From: Gemmatimonadaceae bacterium
GTDB taxonomy: Bacteria; Gemmatimonadota; Gemmatimonadetes; Gemmatimonadales; Gemmatimonadaceae
Length of the DNA stretch: 62,143 nt
Direction: 5' to 3'
NCBI GenBank assembly: GCA_025927495.1
Contig: JAICLH010000001.1
Location: 1 to 62,143 of the forward strand
This document shows positions 57,342-62,143 of the stretch, in pieces. Position numbers and translations under genes: made by a program. Position 1 is the stretch's first letter. Each line of letters opens with the position of its first letter. The notes beneath the pieces were generated by a model that worked only from the letters and a program-made list of their open reading frames with translations, did not search any database and had not been told where the DNA came from.

Positions 57342-57739
57342 CCCAGTCGCGGCGTTTGGCCGCAGGCGGCTACCCGTATGGCGTATCGTGTGAGCCCTTG
57401 TCGTCGAGACATCCCTCCCTGCGTCGAGTTGCGCGGTGCTGACGTTTTCGCGCGCGCTTTAGAGCATTTGTTTCTGCGTCCATGTCGGGGCATTTCCTCG
57501 AGTAGTGCGTGCGGTCCCACGCATCGCAATGCATCTGATGATTGGCGGCGCCTGACTGGATTCGGACGAGGACTGGTGGACACGTAGGCCAGGTCCGCCT
57601 CGAGTCGGGCCGCGGGCATGAGCGCTGGACGTTGCGCGCGCGACGAAGTGGACGCTCAAGCGGGTTGTGACAGAAAGGCTGCTCGACACACGCGGGTCGT
57701 TGACAGCATTGCGCTCACCCTCACTGTGGAGGTCCGTGC

Positions 57740-59470
57740 ATGCGAATCCCCAGGTTGCTCATTGGCGTCGCCGGTTTGGCGCTGTGCGTCGGCAGCGCTG
57801 CCGCGCAGGAGAAGGTCGAGACGGCGAAGGCCAAGGCTGATACGGCGCCGAGTTTCACGAGCGTGACCGACCAGATGTTGCTCGACGCGCGGCGGAGCGG
57901 GAGCAACTGGGTGACTTACGGACGTGACTATTGGAATCAGCGCTGGTCGCCGCTGACGCAGATCAACACGTCGAACGTGGGCACGCTGCACATGGCGTGG
58001 ATGTACCAGACGGGCATTTCGCGGTTAGGCTCATTCGAAACGAGCCCGATCGTCATCGACGGCGTGATGTATCTCACGACGCCGTATAACACGGCGATGG
58101 CGGTGAATGCGCGGACGGGGAAGGAGATCTGGCGCTACGAGCACAAGCAGAGCATTGCGTCGCCGATTTACTGCTGCGGACCGAACAATCGCGGCGTGGC
58201 GATCTCCGGCGGCACGGTGTACATGGCGACGCTCGACGCGCATCTGGTCGCGCTCGACGCGAAGACGGGCGCGGTGCAGTGGGACGTGCAGGTGGAGGAT
58301 CCCGAAGCCGGGTACAGCGAGACGATGGCGCCCCTCATCGTCGGCGACAAAGTGATCGTGGGCGTCTCCGGCGGCGAATACGGGATTCGGGGATTCATCC
58401 GCGCGTACAACAAGTCGAACGGTCAGCCCTTGTGGACGGCGTACACGGTTTTCGACAAGGGGTGGGAAGGCAAATTCGCGGCAGCGACAAACGAGGGCGA
58501 CGACCTGCATCGGAACATCGATGCGGAGAAATCGGCGATGGCGCAGTATGGTGATGCGTGGCAGCGCGGCGGCGGCGGCGTTTGGATGACGCCGACGTAC
58601 GATCCGGCATCGCATCTCCTGTTCTTCGCTGTGGGGAATCCATCACCCGACCTCGATGGGTCGGTGCGGCCGGGCGACAATCTGTGCACGGATTGTATCA
58701 TGGCGGTGGACGCCAACGACGGTACGGTGAAGTGGTACTATCAGGAAGTGCCGCACGACGTGTGGGATCTGGACGCGGTGAGTCCGCCAGTGCTGGTGAA
58801 GCTCAAGGACGGGACGACGGCGGTCGCGCAGGCGGGCAAGACGGCCTGGGTGTACGTGTTGAACGCGTCGACCGGCAAGCTGATCCGGAAGTCGGCTCCG
58901 TTCAACCGGCTCGAAAACATGTTCGCGCAGCCCACAGCCGAGGGGACCCGGATGCTTCCGGGGGCGAACGGCGGTTCGGAGTGGTCGACGACGGCCGTGA
59001 ATCCGACGTTAGGCTATATGTATGTTTTAGGCATCGAGCAGCCGATGCATTACATCACACACAGCGCGCCGTTCGAGAAGGGGAAACTCTGGTTGGGATC
59101 GGCGTTCAAGGCGGTGCCCGGCGAGCGGCAGTACGGGACGTTCAGCGCGGTGAACCTGAACACGGGGAAGATCGCGTGGCAGGTGGAGACGGAGCAGCCG
59201 ATGATCGGCGGGGCGATGACGACCGCGGGGAATCTCGTGTTCGTCGGCGAGGGGAACGGGCACTTCAACGCCTTCGACGCGCGGACGGGCAAGAAGCTGT
59301 GGATGTTCCAGGGTGGGGCGGGGTGCAACGCGCCGCCGGTGACGTACATGCAAGACGGCAAGCAGTACATCGCGGTGGCGTGCGGCGGAAACTTCCAAAT
59401 GGGCTTTCCGTTAGGCGATGCGGTCCTGGTGTTCACGCTCCCGGGTACCGCGCCGAAGTCAGCACGGTAA
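57740..59470 (+). CDS. PQQ-dependent alcohol/methanol dehydrogenase family quinoprotein (type I, soluble), with an XoxF/PedH-like lanthanide signature
   Basis: Signal peptide, vicinal Cys-Cys (PIYCCGPNNRGVA; codons 58172..58177), metal ligand Glu in VSGGEYGIRGF, WDLDA (58763..58777) and repeated Trp-docking motifs of the eight-bladed propeller. Confidence 0.9.
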   Translation: MRIPRLLIGVAGLALCVGSAAAQEKVETAKAKADTAPSFTSVTDQMLLDARRSGSNWVTYGRDYWNQRWSPLTQINTSNVGTLHMAWMYQTGISRLGSFETSPIVIDGVMYLTTPYNTAMAVNARTGKEIWRYEHKQSIASPIYCCGPNNRGVAISGGTVYMATLDAHLVALDAKTGAVQWDVQVEDPEAGYSETMAPLIVGDKVIVGVSGGEYGIRGFIRAYNKSNGQPLWTAYTVFDKGWEGKFAAATNEGDDLHRNIDAEKSAMAQYGDAWQRGGGGVWMTPTYDPASHLLFFAVGNPSPDLDGSVRPGDNLCTDCIMAVDANDGTVKWYYQEVPHDVWDLDAVSPPVLVKLKDGTTAVAQAGKTAWVYVLNASTGKLIRKSAPFNRLENMFAQPTAEGTRMLPGANGGSEWSTTAVNPTLGYMYVLGIEQPMHYITHSAPFEKGKLWLGSAFKAVPGERQYGTFSAVNLNTGKIAWQVETEQPMIGGAMTTAGNLVFVGEGNGHFNAFDARTGKKLWMFQGGAGCNAPPVTYMQDGKQYIAVACGGNFQMGFPLGDAVLVFTLPGTAPKSAR

Positions 59471-59555
59471 CGAGGTTCGGCGGGCCGGCGTTGTGCCGCG
59501 ATGGGGTCGCGCGCCGGCTTCGCGTGTATGCGTCAGGCAGCGGAGCAGTGATCTC

Positions 59556-59972
59556 ATGTGGCGATCTGCGGTTGGCCTAACCGGCGGACTGATCTGCGTG
59601 CTGGGGGCATTCGCCGCCGGTCGCGACAGCGGACATGCGGCGATGCAGCCGCGGCATCCGGCGCTCAAGACCGGCGTCGATTGGGTGGCGTACGGCCCGA
59701 AGGAGAAGGAAGCGTACCTGAGTGGATTCATCGCGGGAGCGGGAGCGGAGCAAGCTCGCGCGCTCGCGGCCTTGGCTGGTGACTCGCTCGACAGCAGCGC
59801 GGTCTCGAGCAGCGCGATCGCGCGGCTCACGAACGGGAAGCAGCTTCGTTTCTCGTATGCGCCGTCGGTGTACTCGGCACAGATCGACGATTTCTACTGG
59901 TGGGAGGACCATCGGGACGTACCGATCGTGGACGTGCTCATCACGATCAACCGTCAATTCCGAGATCGGTAG
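59556..59972 (+). CDS. Hypothetical exported/membrane-anchored protein (138 aa)
   Basis: ATG 59556 is preceded by GGAG. MWRSAVGLTGGLICVLGAFAAG is hydrophobic. No family was recognised. It lies between the PQQ dehydrogenase and the porin. Confidence 0.45.
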   Translation: MWRSAVGLTGGLICVLGAFAAGRDSGHAAMQPRHPALKTGVDWVAYGPKEKEAYLSGFIAGAGAEQARALAALAGDSLDSSAVSSSAIARLTNGKQLRFSYAPSVYSAQIDDFYWWEDHRDVPIVDVLITINRQFRDR

Positions 59973-60172
59973 CGATCTGGAGCCAGTGGCGGCGCTGCGA
60001 TCATGTTCAACGCTTAGGGAGGTGGGGCCACAGAGATCGTTCTCTTCGCGCCGCTTTCGCCCGCAGCGGCGGGGCCTTTGGGAAAAAGGTGGGTCGACGA
60101 TTTTCAGCGATTCCGTGGATGCGAGCTCTTCACGGTTTGGTTGACACTCAAACTCGACTGGGAGAAGCAGCT

Positions 60173-61450
60173 ATGAAACGATCCGCACTCTGGTGTATCG
60201 CCTTGATGCTCGCCGGCGTTAGCACGGCCCGAGCGCAAGGTCTCACGATGCAGATGAGTAACGGATGGGCGTTTACGTTCACGGGAAACGTCAATGCGTT
60301 TCTCGTGTACACGAATGGCAATGTGGATTCCGCCCTCGGTCCGATCAACGGCGGTCTCGTGGGTCCCGAACGGGTGACCCGTATTCGTACGGGATTGCTG
60401 CCGGGCTTCGCGAACTTCGAGGCGGCGGGCAAGGAAGGCGATGTGGATCTCAAGGTGCACTTCGGATTCGCGCCCCAGATCAACAGCAACAGCTTGCACG
60501 ACAACTTCGGCGCGCAGATCGACATGCGCGAGGTGTACCTCACGGTGGGTGGCACCTGGGGCACCATCCTCGCCGGCCGCGAGCTGGGGCTGTTCCAGCG
60601 GCAGAACATCCTGACCGACATGACGCTGTTCGGGACGGGAGCCAGCGGCGGTACGTTAGGCGCGGGCGGCACGACGTTAGGCCGCATCGGCTTCGGATAC
60701 GTCTATCCGAACTTCAACGCGCAGATCACGTACAGCACGCCGGCGGGGAAACCGACGCAGTTCTCGATCGGATTGTTCGATCCGAGCGTCGTGTGCGGCC
60801 CGAATCCGTGCGCGGCCGCGGGCGATGCGTCGTTTCAGGGTACGCGGCTGCCTCGCCTGGAGGCAGAGCTGAGCTGGACGGGCAACATGGGCACGGCCAG
60901 CTCGAGTGGCCAGATGACCAGTGCCAACAAGATCATGCTGTGGGTGAACGGCACGTGGCAGAACACGAATCTGTCGGCTGTCTCGACGCCTGATTCGAAC
61001 CCGAGCATCAACTCGGCCGGAGTGGGCGGTGGCGCGAAGATCGATGTGAACGGGTTCTCGATCGTCGGATCCGGCTACTACGGAAGCGGCATCGGAACCA
61101 CCCTGATGTTCGGCCAACTGGACGGCAGTGCGATCGATCCAGCGCTGCAAGCGCGCAAGTCGTGGGGCTATCTGGGCCAGGTGCAGTACACCGCGCCCGG
61201 CACGCACTGGACGATCGGCGGCAGCTGGGGCGAGAGCCACCTCGACGAGAGCGATGGAGACAAGGCGTTCCTCGACGGGGATCCGGATCCTCTCGTGAAG
61301 TACAACCGTGCGGCGGATGTGATGCTGACGTATCAGTGGACGAAGTCGCTCCGCTGGGTTGCCGAGTATACGTGGGCGCGCGCGGCGTCGTACGCGGGGT
61401 CGCAGAACACGTCAAACCAGGGCGCCTCGGGATTCATGCTGTTCTTCTAG
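60173..61450 (+). CDS. Outer-membrane porin (beta-barrel)
   Basis: ATG 60173 gives MKRSALWCIALMLAGVSTARAQG (signal peptide). Alternating amphipathic beta-strand pattern, Gly/aromatic-rich, ending in GFMLFF (C-terminal Phe signature of OMPs). Confidence 0.7.
   Translation: MKRSALWCIALMLAGVSTARAQGLTMQMSNGWAFTFTGNVNAFLVYTNGNVDSALGPINGGLVGPERVTRIRTGLLPGFANFEAAGKEGDVDLKVHFGFAPQINSNSLHDNFGAQIDMREVYLTVGGTWGTILAGRELGLFQRQNILTDMTLFGTGASGGTLGAGGTTLGRIGFGYVYPNFNAQITYSTPAGKPTQFSIGLFDPSVVCGPNPCAAAGDASFQGTRLPRLEAELSWTGNMGTASSSGQMTSANKIMLWVNGTWQNTNLSAVSTPDSNPSINSAGVGGGAKIDVNGFSIVGSGYYGSGIGTTLMFGQLDGSAIDPALQARKSWGYLGQVQYTAPGTHWTIGGSWGESHLDESDGDKAFLDGDPDPLVKYNRAADVMLTYQWTKSLRWVAEYTWARAASYAGSQNTSNQGASGFMLFF
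60655..60682 (+). repeat. Two copies of ACGTTAGGC 21 nt apart inside the porin gene (both read Thr-Leu-Gly)
   Basis: Read directly: GGT ACG TTA GGC GCG GGC GGC ACG ACG TTA GGC CGC. Confidence 0.9.
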
Positions 61451-61526
61451 AAGAGCGGTCGAAACCGGACACTGACGGACAAGACCGGACTTTCCAAAAA
61501 AAACCGTACGAAGCCGCAGACAGCAC

Positions 61527-61550
61527 GGGCGGGTCCGACTGGATCCGCCC
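61527..61550. other. GC-rich hairpin GGGCGGGTCC-GACT-GGATCCGCCC downstream of the porin gene (possible terminator; no U-tract on the + strand)
   Basis: 10-bp stem with one G-U pair, read directly. An A9 run at 61493..61501 would be a T-run for minus-strand transcripts but lies about 25 nt from the stem. Confidence 0.3.
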
Positions 61551-62143
61551 GCGCTGTCATCTGTGCACTTGGTCAGTGCCGGCTTGTCACACGCACTCCT
61601 AAGCAAGCGGAGCCTGCTTGACATGCTTTCCAGGCGTCTCCAGTTTCTTCCTCCCCGAAGTGTCGGCGTGTCCATCTTCGAAGATCCGGCGGACGGGATC
61701 GCTCGTAAAAGAGAGAGGCATCGAGAGAAGGGGTTGCCGATTTCTCCAGCGGTGTGCAGGATATGTTGGTTGGGTGTAATGATTCGAGTGCTCTCATCAG
61801 TATGGACAGCGACGAGGGACGGATGCAATCGGCAGGCGGCGGCGCTGAACTGTCGGGATCATTCGGAAAGTGAGCGCGCGAGCAACGCGCGCGGCGTGAC
61901 GAGATAGATCGCAGGACTCGAGAGAAGACCGTTTTCAACTTCACGAGCAGCACGCGGCACTGTGAGGGGCGATGGTCTGTAGCGAGCGAAGTCCTCCTCG
62001 ACGTGGCACGCTGTTCCGCTGTTGCCCCAGCGGAACTAGCCCCAGTGCGGCCCCAACCGCGAGGCCTGGCGGCACAGCGTGCGGATGCGCGGTCATGCTC
62101 AATCCTCACTCTCCACAAGGGGCAGCATCATGAATCGCTTTAC

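Noticed and set aside
1270-60682. Interpreting GTTAGGC as a replication-oriented signal (Chi or KOPS/AIMS-like) that flips at oriC.
   Set aside because: Left of the predicted origin (47.3 kb) the two orientations are balanced: 19 GTTAGGC versus 21 GCCTAAC on the + strand. The 10:3 excess to the right coincides with the + strand orientation of nearly all genes there and the preferred Leu-Gly reading frame. No clear polarity switch is supported in this window, and whole-genome data would be needed.
61900-62129. Cobalamin riboswitch in the leader of the gene starting at 62130 (GCCCCAGTGCGG resembles a B12 box).
   Set aside because: The B12 box core GCCACTG and the upstream GGTG..AA.CC / GGGAA elements are not present in recognisable form.
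1-62143. Search for CRISPR arrays, tRNA/rRNA genes, IS elements, integrases, toxin-antitoxin pairs or known defence genes.
   Set aside because: No spaced direct repeats, cloverleaf-like sequences, transposase/integrase motifs (DDE, R..H..R..Y) or recognisable defence-system domains were seen on either strand. The scan was by eye, so short or degenerate elements could have been missed.

Overview
This is a 62.1-kb bacterial chromosomal segment, roughly two-thirds G+C by eye, that spans the replication origin. Taxonomy cannot be set without a database search. The outer-membrane porin, lipoproteins and type IV pilins indicate a diderm.

Core landmarks:
- mnmG, a SIMPL protein, two parS sites, parA, parB, an M23 peptidase and bactofilin (21.4-27.5 kb)
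- a BMP-type ABC uptake operon (27.6-34.1 kb)
- two type IV pilin genes, polA and a cold-shock gene (35.4-39.8 kb)
- Ser/Thr kinase, histidine kinase, pyrE, an AraC-type regulator and RNase P RNA (40.3-45.1 kb)
- dnaN, oriC and dnaA, divergent from rpmH-rnpA-yidD-yidC-mnmE (46.1-53.0 kb)
- a PQQ alcohol dehydrogenase with a downstream porin (57.7-61.5 kb)

The left end carries a PD40 lipoprotein / PqqD / HprK-like kinase operon. It is followed by a chain-length-determinant-like protein, a zinc metalloprotease, two cupredoxins and a Rieske-FAD oxidoreductase. I recognised no rRNA, tRNA, CRISPR array, transposase, integrase or phage gene.

Most unusual observations:
1. The non-palindromic heptamer GTTAGGC/GCCTAAC (consensus CGTTAGGCG) occurs about 53 times. 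A composition-only estimate predicts about 7. It is written into genes on both strands, mostly through the otherwise almost unused Leu codon TTA.
2. An orphan, translationally coupled HprK-related kinase / PqqD (RRE) / PD40 operon lies downstream of a Ser/Pro-rich small ORF that carries a lasso-leader-like WxxPxL...T motif.
3. A perfect 20-bp x2 tandem repeat, with a unit length not divisible by 3, sits inside an ArsR-like regulator gene.
4. The PQQ dehydrogenase has a lanthanide-type Asp-x-Asp signature.

All counts and coordinates were obtained by eye and need computational confirmation.
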